DNA from: Terriglobia bacterium
Lineage (GTDB): Bacteria; Acidobacteriota; Terriglobia; Acidiferrales; UBA7541
DNA length: 64,000 nucleotides
Reading direction: 5' to 3'
Assembly (NCBI GenBank): GCA_963695545.1
Contig: OY968796.1
Coordinates: forward strand, 96,001-160,000
Of the stretch, positions 1 to 8,775 are shown piece by piece. The translations under genes and the position numbers were made by a program. Within the stretch, counting starts at the first letter, position 1. Each line of letters begins with the position of its first letter. The notes beneath the pieces are model-generated. The model saw only the letters and a list, made by a program, of their open reading frames with translations, was not told the origin of the DNA and made no database searches.

Positions 1-1
1 G

Positions 2-3000
2 CATCACCAGGGAATGTCTCTGGTGGCGCTGGCCGATGTGCTGAACGACGGCGCCATGCGCAGCCGTTTTCACGCCGCGCCCATGGTGCAGGCCACGGAA
101 TTACTCCTCCAAGAGCGCACGCCGCGCGACGTTCCCGTGGCCCGGCCGCGCGCTGAGGAAGTTTCCGCCGCGGCGCAAGTCCGCGAACTTCAGCCGCCGG
201 TGGTGCGGCGATTCTCAAGTGCGCACAGTCCGACGCCGCGCACGCACCTGCTCTCAAACGGTCGATACGCCGTCATGCTCACCTCTGCGGGCTCGGGCTA
301 TAGCCGCTGGCGCGACCTGGCCATAACGCGCTGGCGCGAGGACGTGACGCGCGATTGCTGGGGCAGCTACATTTATCTTCGCGACGCGCAATCCGGCGAA
401 GTGTGGTCTGCGGGCTATCAGCCCAGCGGCGTCGAACCTGACGCGTACGAAGTTTCTTTTTACGAAGACCGCGCCGAATTCATCCGGCGCGACCACGCGC
501 TGACCACCGTGCTTGAGGTCGTGGTCTCGCCCGAAGACGATGCCGAGAGCCGGCGCGTTTCCATCACCAACCTCGGCACGCGCGCGCGCACCATCCAAAT
601 CACCTCTTACGCGGAGATTTGCCTCGCGGCGCAGGCCGCCGACGTGGCACATCCCGCGTTCTCCAACCTTTTTGTCGAGACCGAGTTTTTCGCCGACATT
701 GGCACGCTGCTGGCCACGCGGCGAAGACAATCCGCCAAGGAGAGCCCTGTTTGGGCCGCGCAGGTGGTTGTCGCGGAAAGCGAAGCTGTCGGCGATGTGC
801 AGTATGAATCGGATCGCGCGCGCTTTTTGGGCCGCGGCCGCGATCTCCTCAATCCTGTTTCGATTCTCGATGGCCGGCCGCTCTCGAATACCGCCGGCCC
901 GGTGCTCGATCCCATTTTCAGTCTGCGCCGCACCGTGCGCATTCCTCCCGGAGCCACTGTGCGCGTCACGTTCTCGACCATCGTCGCGGAAACCCGCGAG
1001 CAGGTCCTTGATCTCGCCGATAAGTATCGCAGCGCATCCACATTTGAGCGCACGCTCGAGCTCGCCTGGACGCAGGCGCAAGTGCAGCTTCGTCATCTGG
1101 GTATCGACCTCGACGAGGCCCACGTGTTTCAGCGCCTCGCGAACTTCATGCTCTACGCGGACGATTCGCTGCGGCCCTCTTCCGAAGTGCTCAGCAGCAC
1201 AACCCTGGAAAGATCCGCGCTGTGGGCTCACGGAATTTCCGGCGATTTGCCCATCGTACTGGTGCGCATCGACGAAGCCGAAGATATCGAAATCGTGCGC
1301 CAGTTGCTGCGCGCTCACGAATACTGGCGCACCAAGCAACTCTTCGCCGATTTGGTTATTCTCAACGAAAAGTCCGCGTCGTATGCGCAGGAACTCGAGA
1401 CCACTCTCGACGGGCTCGTGCGCGGCAGCCGCATGCGCCTGAATCTCAGCCCGGACGACGCGCACGGTGGGATCTTCCTGCTGCGCGCGGACCTGATCTC
1501 TCCTCGCGAACGCGCGCTGCTTCAATCCGTGGCGCGCGCCGTGCTTCTCAGCCGGCGCGGCACATTGTCGGAACAAGTCGCCAGGTCGCAGCGCGCCGAA
1601 GGCGCAGCGCCTCCGCCGCCGCGGCCCGTGCGCACGGCCAAGCGCTTGGACGTGGCGCTTCCGCAGCACGCTCTGGAATTCTTCAATGGTCTCGGCGGCT
1701 TTGCCGACGAAGGCCGCGAGTACGTAACCGTGCTCGGCGAAGGTCTGCGCACGCCCGCGCCCTGGATCAACGTGATTGCAAATCCCTCGTTTGGCTTTTT
1801 GGTGTCGGAATCCGGCTCCGGCCACACCTGGTCTCTCAACAGCAGCGAAAACCGGCTCACACCTTGGTCGAACGATCCCGTCAGCGATCCGCCGGGAGAA
1901 TCCATTTACATTCGAGACGAAGTCACCGGCGAAGTTTGGAGCCCGACGGCGCTGCCGATTCGCGACGAACTCGCGCCATACATCGCGCGACATGGCCAGG
2001 GCTACAGCCGATTCCAGCACGGCTCGCGCGGCATCCTGCTGGATCTGGTGCAATTCGTGCCGCAGGAAGATCCGGTGAAAATCTCGCGTCTGGTTCTCGA
2101 AAACGATTCCGGCCGCGCGCGGCGTCTTTCCGTTACCGCCTACGTGGAATGGGTGCTGGGCACTTCGCGCGGCGCCGCGGCGCCTTACATCGTTACCGAG
2201 CTCGACGCACAGTCGCGCGCGATGTTTGCGCAAAGCGAATGGGGCGGAGAATTCGGCGGAAGAATTGCGTTTGCGGATCTGGCCGGCAAACAAACTTCGT
2301 ACACGGGCGATCGCACGGAATTCCTCGGCCGCAACGGAAGTTCCGCGCGTCCCGCGGCGCTGGAACGCGGCGGCGCGCTTTCGCGGAAGGTGGGAGCGGG
2401 TCTCGATCCGTGCGCGGCGCTGCAAACTTCGATCGACTTGCGCCCCGGCGCGCGGGTGGAGATCGTGTTTTTTCTCGGACAAGCGGAAAACCGAGAGCAA
2501 GCGCGCGCGTTGCTCGCAAAATACCGTGCGGCGGATTTGGACGCGATTTTCGCGGGCGTGACGCGCCGTTGGGACGACGTGCTCAACACCGTGCACGTGA
2601 CCACTCCCGATCCCGCGATGAATCTGATTCTGAATCGCTGGCTGCTCTATCAAACGCTGTCGTGCAGAATTTGGGCGCGAGCGGCGTTCTATCAATTGAG
2701 CGGCGCGTACGGTTTCCGCGATCAGTTGCAGGACGTGATGGCGCTGTGCGTCTCGGACCGCGCGGTCGCGCGCAAGCATCTGCTGCGCGCAGCCGGGCGG
2801 CAGTTCATCGAAGGCGACGTGCAGCATTGGTGGCATCCGCCCTCCGGACGCGGCACGCGCACGCGCATTTCCGACGATCTCTTGTGGCTGCCGTACGCCG
2901 TCGTGCGTTTTCTCGAAGCCACCGGCGACCTGACCGTTCTGGACGAAACAGTTCCCTTCCTCGAAGGCGAAGTCCTCGCGCCGAGACAAACGGAATCTTA

Positions 3001-4078
3001 TTTCGAGCCGCGCATTTCCGAAATTTCCGCGACGCTGTTTGAGCATTGCGCGCGCACGATCGACCGAAGTCTCGCGGTGGGAAGTCACGGCCTGCCGCTG
3101 ATCGGCACCGGCGATTGGAACGATGGATTCAATCGCGTCGGCGAATTGGGCAAGGGAGAAAGCGTTTGGCTCGGCTGGTTCTTGCACACGATCCTCTGGG
3201 AATTCTCCAAGGTTGCGGATGCGCGCGGCGAGCGCGATCGCGCCGAAGCCTGGCGCTTGCACGTGAGCGCGCTCAAAGCGGCGCTGGAGCGCGAAGCCTG
3301 GGACGGCGGATGGTATCGCCGCGCGTATTTCGACGACGGTACGCCGCTCGGCTCGGTCGAGAATTCGGAATGCCGTATCGATTCCATCGCGCAATCCTGG
3401 GGCGTGATGAGCGGCGCGGCCGAACCCGGCCGGATCGCGCGCGCCATGTCCGCCGTCGATCAACAATTGGTGCGCCGGCCCGAGGGCTTGGTGCTGCTCT
3501 TCACGCCGCCGTTCGATCATTCGTCACCCGATCCCGGTTACATCAAAGCGTACCTGCCGGGCATTCGCGAAAACGGCGGGCAGTACACACACGCGGCGGC
3601 GTGGACTACGATTGGTTTCGCGGAACTCAGCGACGGCGACAAGGCCGTGGAATTATTCCGCATGCTGAATCCGATCACGCGCAGCGACTCGCGCTCGAGC
3701 GTGCAACGCTACAAAGTAGAGCCGTATGTTTTGGCCAGCGACGTTTACTCCGAGCCTCCTCACGTGGGGCGCGGCGGGTGGACGTGGTACACAGGTTCAT
3801 CGGGATGGCTGTATCGCGCGGGCATCGAATGGATTCTGGGATTTCGCGTGCACGGGATGATGCTTTCGATCGATCCGTGCATTCCGCGGAACTGGCCGGG
3901 CTATACGATCGATTTCAAATATCACTCGGCGACGTATCGAATCAAAGTTGAAAACCCTTCCAGCGTCACGCGCGGCGTGGCGCTGGCCGAACTTGACGGA
4001 AAGCTGCTGCATGGTCCGGCCACGATTCCGCTGGTTGACGACGCTGCGGTGCATCAACTTCACATCGTGCTCGGCTGA
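2..4078 (+). CDS. ndvB: GH94 cyclic beta-1,2-glucan synthase/phosphorylase (NdvB/Cgs-like), 5'-partial
   Basis: Frame is open from base 2 (HHQG-MSLVAL), so the gene starts upstream of the window. Two GH94 N-terminal-type modules (LLSNGRY, PWINVIAN), GFRDQLQD, GDWNDG, RENGGQYTH, WYTGSSGW. Confidence 0.85.
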   Translation, partial: HHQGMSLVALADVLNDGAMRSRFHAAPMVQATELLLQERTPRDVPVARPRAEEVSAAAQVRELQPPVVRRFSSAHSPTPRTHLLSNGRYAVMLTSAGSGYSRWRDLAITRWREDVTRDCWGSYIYLRDAQSGEVWSAGYQPSGVEPDAYEVSFYEDRAEFIRRDHALTTVLEVVVSPEDDAESRRVSITNLGTRARTIQITSYAEICLAAQAADVAHPAFSNLFVETEFFADIGTLLATRRRQSAKESPVWAAQVVVAESEAVGDVQYESDRARFLGRGRDLLNPVSILDGRPLSNTAGPVLDPIFSLRRTVRIPPGATVRVTFSTIVAETREQVLDLADKYRSASTFERTLELAWTQAQVQLRHLGIDLDEAHVFQRLANFMLYADDSLRPSSEVLSSTTLERSALWAHGISGDLPIVLVRIDEAEDIEIVRQLLRAHEYWRTKQLFADLVILNEKSASYAQELETTLDGLVRGSRMRLNLSPDDAHGGIFLLRADLISPRERALLQSVARAVLLSRRGTLSEQVARSQRAEGAAPPPPRPVRTAKRLDVALPQHALEFFNGLGGFADEGREYVTVLGEGLRTPAPWINVIANPSFGFLVSESGSGHTWSLNSSENRLTPWSNDPVSDPPGESIYIRDEVTGEVWSPTALPIRDELAPYIARHGQGYSRFQHGSRGILLDLVQFVPQEDPVKISRLVLENDSGRARRLSVTAYVEWVLGTSRGAAAPYIVTELDAQSRAMFAQSEWGGEFGGRIAFADLAGKQTSYTGDRTEFLGRNGSSARPAALERGGALSRKVGAGLDPCAALQTSIDLRPGARVEIVFFLGQAENREQARALLAKYRAADLDAIFAGVTRRWDDVLNTVHVTTPDPAMNLILNRWLLYQTLSCRIWARAAFYQLSGAYGFRDQLQDVMALCVSDRAVARKHLLRAAGRQFIEGDVQHWWHPPSGRGTRTRISDDLLWLPYAVVRFLEATGDLTVLDETVPFLEGEVLAPRQTESYFEPRISEISATLFEHCARTIDRSLAVGSHGLPLIGTGDWNDGFNRVGELGKGESVWLGWFLHTILWEFSKVADARGERDRAEAWRLHVSALKAALEREAWDGGWYRRAYFDDGTPLGSVENSECRIDSIAQSWGVMSGAAEPGRIARAMSAVDQQLVRRPEGLVLLFTPPFDHSSPDPGYIKAYLPGIRENGGQYTHAAAWTTIGFAELSDGDKAVELFRMLNPITRSDSRSSVQRYKVEPYVLASDVYSEPPHVGRGGWTWYTGSSGWLYRAGIEWILGFRVHGMMLSIDPCIPRNWPGYTIDFKYHSATYRIKVENPSSVTRGVALAELDGKLLHGPATIPLVDDAAVHQLHIVLG

Positions 4079-4117
4079 ACGCCCCACAACCAAAAACGTC
4101 TCCAAAAAACGTTCCGA

Positions 4118-5032
4118 TCAGCGGCGCTTATCTGAATCGAGGAACGTTCCCTGCTGCAGCTCGCTGAACGCGGCGCGGAGCTGCTCCTGCGTGTTCATCA
4201 CGATGGGGCCGTACCAAGCGACGGGCTCTTCGAGCGGCTTTCCGGAAACGAGCAGGAAACGGATGCCATCGTTGCCGGCTTGCACCACGACTTCATCGCC
4301 GCGATCGAAGAGCACAAGCGAGCGATCCTCGGCGTCTTTCGGCGGAGCGGTGTCCAGCCAGCCGACGGATTCCGTGGGCACGGCGAGCGGGCCGGATGCG
4401 TTGCAGAATTTTCCATCGCCCGAAAAAATATAAGCAAAGGCCTGGCGCATGGTCTCGACCGGAAGAGTTTTTCGTCTGCCGGGCGGCACAGAGACGTCGA
4501 TGTAAATCGGATCGGCGGCAATGCCTTCGACGGGGCCGCGTTTCCCCCAGAATTCGCCGCAGACGATCCGCACGCGCGTGCCGTCGTCGTCAATGATTTC
4601 CGGAATTTCCGGGGCTGTCACTTCCTGATAGCGCGGCGCGGTCATCTTGAGCGAGGCGGGGAGATTGGCCCACAACTGAAAGCCGTGCATGCGGCCATCG
4701 GGACCGCCCTTGGGCATTTCCTGATGGATGATGCCGCGGCCGGCGGTCATCCATTGAATGTCGCCGGCGGCGATGGCGCCGCGATTGCCCATGCTGTCGC
4801 CGTGCTCGACGGTTCCGGCGAGAACATAAGTGATGGTTTCGATGCCGCGATGCGGATGCCAGGGAAAACCGGCGAGATAATCCTCGGGCACATCGTTGCG
4901 GAAATCGTCGAGGAGGAGGAACGGATCGAAATCTTTCGTATTGTCGAATCCGAAGGCGCGGCGGAGATGAACTCCGGCGCCCTCGATGGTCGGCTTCGAT
5001 CTGATGAGCCGCTTCACTGGTCGAATTGACGT
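4118..5032 (-). CDS. Pirin family protein
   Basis: DPFLLLD, GFPWHPHRGIETITY, WMTAGRGIIHQE, GFQLWANLP, YGPIVMNT. Start is either ACG at 5032 (behind GGGAGG) or GTG at 5017. Confidence 0.92.
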   Translation of the reverse strand, partial: TSIRPVKRLIRSKPTIEGAGVHLRRAFGFDNTKDFDPFLLLDDFRNDVPEDYLAGFPWHPHRGIETITYVLAGTVEHGDSMGNRGAIAAGDIQWMTAGRGIIHQEMPKGGPDGRMHGFQLWANLPASLKMTAPRYQEVTAPEIPEIIDDDGTRVRIVCGEFWGKRGPVEGIAADPIYIDVSVPPGRRKTLPVETMRQAFAYIFSGDGKFCNASGPLAVPTESVGWLDTAPPKDAEDRSLVLFDRGDEVVVQAGNDGIRFLLVSGKPLEEPVAWYGPIVMNTQEQLRAAFSELQQGTFLDSDKRR

Positions 5033-5090
5033 AAACGCCTCCCGTGCTGCAGAAATCGTTCGTTCTGAATCGTGCCGGAACGCGCCGAGA

Positions 5091-6019
5091 TTAGTGCGCG
5101 TTCAAGCTGTGGATTTCGGCGATGTAACCGCCGGGAAATTCCACGATGGCGGAAGTCCGGTCAGACATCTTGTACGCCGGCGAGAGAACCGTTGCGCCGC
5201 TGGCTTTGGCTTTTTCGAGCGTGGCGCTGAGATCCTGCACTTCGTACCCGGTGATTTCACGGCCGAAGGGATATGGCAAGTGCCCATGAGTGACGAACAC
5301 CTGCATGTTGCCGAAGGCTGAGGTGATTCGTATGCGCCGGTAAGTTTCTCCGGGGCGGCCGATTTCGCCGGCGTCGGCGTGGGGATCGTCCGAGATCACT
5401 TTGCCGTGGGAGAAGGCTACGAAATCATTGACGAAAGTGACCGCGTCGTCAGGCGAAACATAGACGCGGTTATCCGGAATCGTGGCGAGAGGCGGAGACG
5501 AGGGGGGGTGAAGTGCGAGTAGAGTTGCATCATCAGGCCGCCGGGCCACTGGATCACGGCGTCGTTTCCGATCGGGTCTTTCCATGGCGCAACGATCACT
5601 TCGGCTCCATCGGCGCGAGCGTCGCGAAGCGCCGTGTCCATGTCCGTGACGAGATATCCGGTGCGTTCCTGTCCGATCGGAAACGGGATCGGAGTTTGGA
5701 ACGCGAAGACGGACAACGCACCGACCGGAGTCGACAAAAATTGCCATTCTTCGCTGCTCGGCACGGGCAAGACATTTACGACGATGCGTTTCGATGCCTG
5801 GCCGCCGAAGGTGGCCGCTATGCTGGCGACGAAGGCGCTAAGGTTGCTGGGCGAGACACAGACGTGCGTGGAATCGTACTGCGGCCCGACGGCGACACCC
5901 GCATCGGGCGCGGACGCGGCGGCCTGACCGCTGGCCGCGATGGCCGCGAACGGAAGAAAGAGGATGGCCGCTAGAATCAGCGGCCATCCTTGTGGCTTCG
6001 AGTTAACGCTGTGTTGCAT
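5091..6019 (-). pseudogene. Secreted glyoxalase/VOC-like protein, frameshifted at a C7 run (5502-5508)
   Basis: The N-half (signal peptide, VGPQYDSTHV, GQERTGYLVTDMD, QWPGG) is in ORF 5417..6025. The C-half (PDNRVYVSPD, GREITGYEVQDL, VEFPGGYIAEIH) is in ORF 5091..5747. The halves are internal duplicates of each other and join at the homopolymer. Confidence 0.75.
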
Positions 6020-6063
6020 GAGCATCTATTTCCTCTACTTCCCCGCCGGGTTCGGCGGAGCGA

Positions 6064-6903
6064 TTACGCCGAGGCGGAACGCTGCGCCTGAATAAAGGCG
6101 AGGAGTTCCGCGTTGATCTGGTCTTTCAAAGTGGAGCACATGCCGTGCGGCGCGCCGGGAATGATTTTCAGGACGGCGCCTTTGATAATTCTGGCCTGCA
6201 GGAGAGACGCATCGGCGTAGGGCACGATCTGATCGTCGTCTCCCTGAAGGATGAGCGTGGGCACGTCGAACTTCTTCAGGTCTTCGTTCTGATCGGTTTC
6301 CGAAAATGCCTTGACGCATTCGTAGACGGCATTGATACCGCACATCATTCCCGCAAGCCAGAACGAATCGCGCAAGCCTTGCGAGACTTTGGAGCCGGGC
6401 CGATTCGCGCCATAGAAGGGCGCGCTCAAGTCCTTCCAGAACTGAGAGCGGTCGGCCTGGATTGCGGAGCGGATTTGATTGAGCGCCTCGATGGGCGTGC
6501 CGCCCGGATTGGAGGGCGACTTGATCATGATGGGAGGAATGGCGCTGATCAACACGGCCTTGGCGACGCGTTTCGTGCCGTGGCGGGCGATGTAGCGAGC
6601 GACTTCACCGCCGCCGGTGGAATGGCCGACGTGAATGGCGTCCTTCAGATCGAGTTTTTGGACGAGCTCGGCGAGATCGTCGGCGTAGGTGTCCAGGTCG
6701 TTGCCGCCCCACGGCTGGCTTGATCGGCCGTGGCCGCGGCGATCGTGCGCGACGCAGCGGTATCCGCGGTTGGCCAGAAACATCATTTGATCCTCGAACG
6801 CGTCCGCGTTGAGCGGCCAGCCGTGACTGAAAACTACGGGTTGTCCTGTGCCCCAATCCTTATAGTAAATCTCGGTGCCGGCTTTGGTGGTGAATGTAGC
6901 CAT
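6064..6903 (-). CDS. Non-heme chloroperoxidase-type alpha/beta hydrolase
   Basis: [21 protein letters not shown] nucleophile, [21 protein letters not shown] upstream. Confidence 0.92.
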   Translation of the reverse strand: MATFTTKAGTEIYYKDWGTGQPVVFSHGWPLNADAFEDQMMFLANRGYRCVAHDRRGHGRSSQPWGGNDLDTYADDLAELVQKLDLKDAIHVGHSTGGGEVARYIARHGTKRVAKAVLISAIPPIMIKSPSNPGGTPIEALNQIRSAIQADRSQFWKDLSAPFYGANRPGSKVSQGLRDSFWLAGMMCGINAVYECVKAFSETDQNEDLKKFDVPTLILQGDDDQIVPYADASLLQARIIKGAVLKIIPGAPHGMCSTLKDQINAELLAFIQAQRSASA

Positions 6904-7044
6904 GTGATTCCTCCTGGCGCGAAGGGCGCCGGTTCACGCTGACGGATACCACGATTGGTGGATGGGCGCAATTACGCGGCTGTGAATATCAAATGATCGC
7001 CAGCGGCTAGGATTTTTCGGGGTCATACGCTGCTCCAATTGGGA

Positions 7045-7375
7045 CGGGGTATATACACCCCCGTATGTTTTGCGTAAGTATTGCAAACAAAGGGGATGCA
7101 GGGAAAGAGTGCGGATGAGTGTGAAAACAAAGGGATGTAATGTTCTTTGTTTTGAGCGAGTTGCGCACTCTTTTGCGAGAGATTGAAAACAAAGGGGCTG
7201 CAGAGCGGGTTTGATGCAGATGAGTGCAGGGTTTGGCGAGGCTGGATATGCCCGGCGGTGCGCGGCGGCCGGGAAAGAAGCGGCGTTTCGAGGAATTGTT
7301 GCGCGTTCATACCGACTTGTAGCACAGGTCTTTTAGATTCGTCAACAGTATTTTGTGAGTATAGTGTTCGAATAG
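7045..7375 (-). repeat. Dispersed intergenic promoter/palindrome element, copy 1
   Basis: Core 7049-7220 aligns with 53938-54115. TTGACG at 7345-7340, ATG at 7310, GTGTTCGAATAG at 7364-7375. Confidence 0.8.
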
Positions 7376-7517
7376 AGTTTTCGAAACCAGATGGAGGGCG
7401 CTCGCCGGCGGCATTCGAAAAGAGTGCGCCGCCCGCACGGGCTTGACAGGGGACGGGACGGCACAGCGCGCAGCTGTCACACCGCGCGTGACTCTGCGCC
7501 ACCAGCGTGATCGAAGA

Positions 7518-7596
7518 GGGATTCTTCGACTGCGGCACGACTCGTCCGCGCAGCGCGGACGAGAAGAAAAAGAGTCGCGCCTCCGCTCAGAATGAC
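7518..7596. repeat. REP-like palindrome (GGGATTCTTCGACT...CGCTCAGAATGAC)
   Basis: REP-type arms enclose the hairpin CTCGTCCGCG-CAG-CGCGGACGAG (7541-7563). Confidence 0.6.
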
Positions 7597-7673
7597 CACG
7601 CTCGCTGTGGGGCGCCGCACGACGTGGGCGAACACAGCGTGGGCACGCGACGAAATGAACCGGGCCCAGCCGA

Positions 7674-8600
7674 TCAGAGAAAATTCAAGAGCGCGTCGGC
7701 GGTGGCCTTGGGCTGCTCTTCCATCAACCAATGGCCGGCGTTTGGCACGACCACGACAGTTACGTCCGTTGCGACCAACTTCATTTGATCTCCGAGCGCA
7801 ACGCCCAGAGATTTATCGCCGCCGATGGAGAGAACCGGCATGGTTAGCTTGGTTTGAGAGAATTGCGCGAAATCGGTGGCGGCTTTTTGGAAAGAAACGA
7901 AATAGGCCCATCCGGCTCTCATGCGGCCGGGGCGCGAATAGGCCGCGGTGTAGGCCTCGCGATCGGCTTCAGGAATGGAATGCGTTTTATCGGCGGCAAA
8001 ATCGTCCCAGTAATAATTGAAATAGATGCGTTCGCGGCCCTGGACCAGTGCTTCCGGAGTGGGGCCGTGGAAACGAAAGTGCCAGAGGTTGGGGCTGTTG
8101 TAGATCGCTTCCCAACCTGGGACGCCGGGCAGAAAGGCGTCCATGACCACGAGTTTCTGAACCTCGAGTGGGAACTGCGCGGCGTAGGCATAGGCCACCA
8201 TGAGGCCGATGTCGTGGCCGACGACGCTGGCTTTCTCAATGCCCAGCGAACGAACCAGCGCGTGAATGCGAGTGGCGGCGGTGGTCAGATCGAGACCGTC
8301 GGCGGGAATCGAGGAATCGCCGATGCCGGGAAGATCGGGGGCGATTACCGTGAATTTTTCGCCGAGGGCGGGGAGAATCGGTGTCCACATGCGGGAGGTC
8401 TCGGCGTATCCGTGGAGCAATATCACGGCTGGGCCGTGGCCGCCGATGGTGTAATGAATCGTCGCGCCGGCAACGTCGGCGTCGTGAGAGACGAATCCAT
8501 TGTCGGCGGCTTGGACGCGAACCGCCGCTGGAAGCAACAGGAAAACCAGGCACGCAAAGATCAGGCGGAGAGATCGGCGAGAACGAAGAACGGATTCCAT
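7674..8600 (-). CDS. Alpha/beta hydrolase, epoxide hydrolase-like, with signal peptide
   Basis: LLHGY, PDLPGIG, GHDIG nucleophile, AGHWLMEE; start reassigned to MESVL at 8600. Confidence 0.88.
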   Translation of the reverse strand: MESVLRSRRSLRLIFACLVFLLLPAAVRVQAADNGFVSHDADVAGATIHYTIGGHGPAVILLHGYAETSRMWTPILPALGEKFTVIAPDLPGIGDSSIPADGLDLTTAATRIHALVRSLGIEKASVVGHDIGLMVAYAYAAQFPLEVQKLVVMDAFLPGVPGWEAIYNSPNLWHFRFHGPTPEALVQGRERIYFNYYWDDFAADKTHSIPEADREAYTAAYSRPGRMRAGWAYFVSFQKAATDFAQFSQTKLTMPVLSIGGDKSLGVALGDQMKLVATDVTVVVVPNAGHWLMEEQPKATADALLNFL

Positions 8601-8775
8601 GGGGGCTCCGGTCGAATTTATTTGGTGATCGCTATTGGGCCGCTGGCGGCCAGCGATGAACGAACTAGCGATTCTGCGGGAAATCTTACACACGGCGAAG
8701 GGCACGCGGCAAGAGGGGCGGGAGTTTGATCTTCGCATGCTTCGCGAGCGAGTTTTTGCGCGGCGCAGTGGGCGA

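Noticed and set aside
254..3520. 1088-aa antisense ORF and other long shadow ORFs (e.g. 50415..52766, 12821..13984, 45999..47438)
   Set aside because: They are antisense to well-supported genes in high-GC DNA and have no recognisable motifs.
7007..7538. ORFs 7023..7538, 7007..7192, 53831..54223, 53937..54233 and 40874..41368 as ordinary protein genes
   Set aside because: They overlay the dispersed element, and the frame from the promoter-proximal ATG is not conserved between copies 1 and 3.
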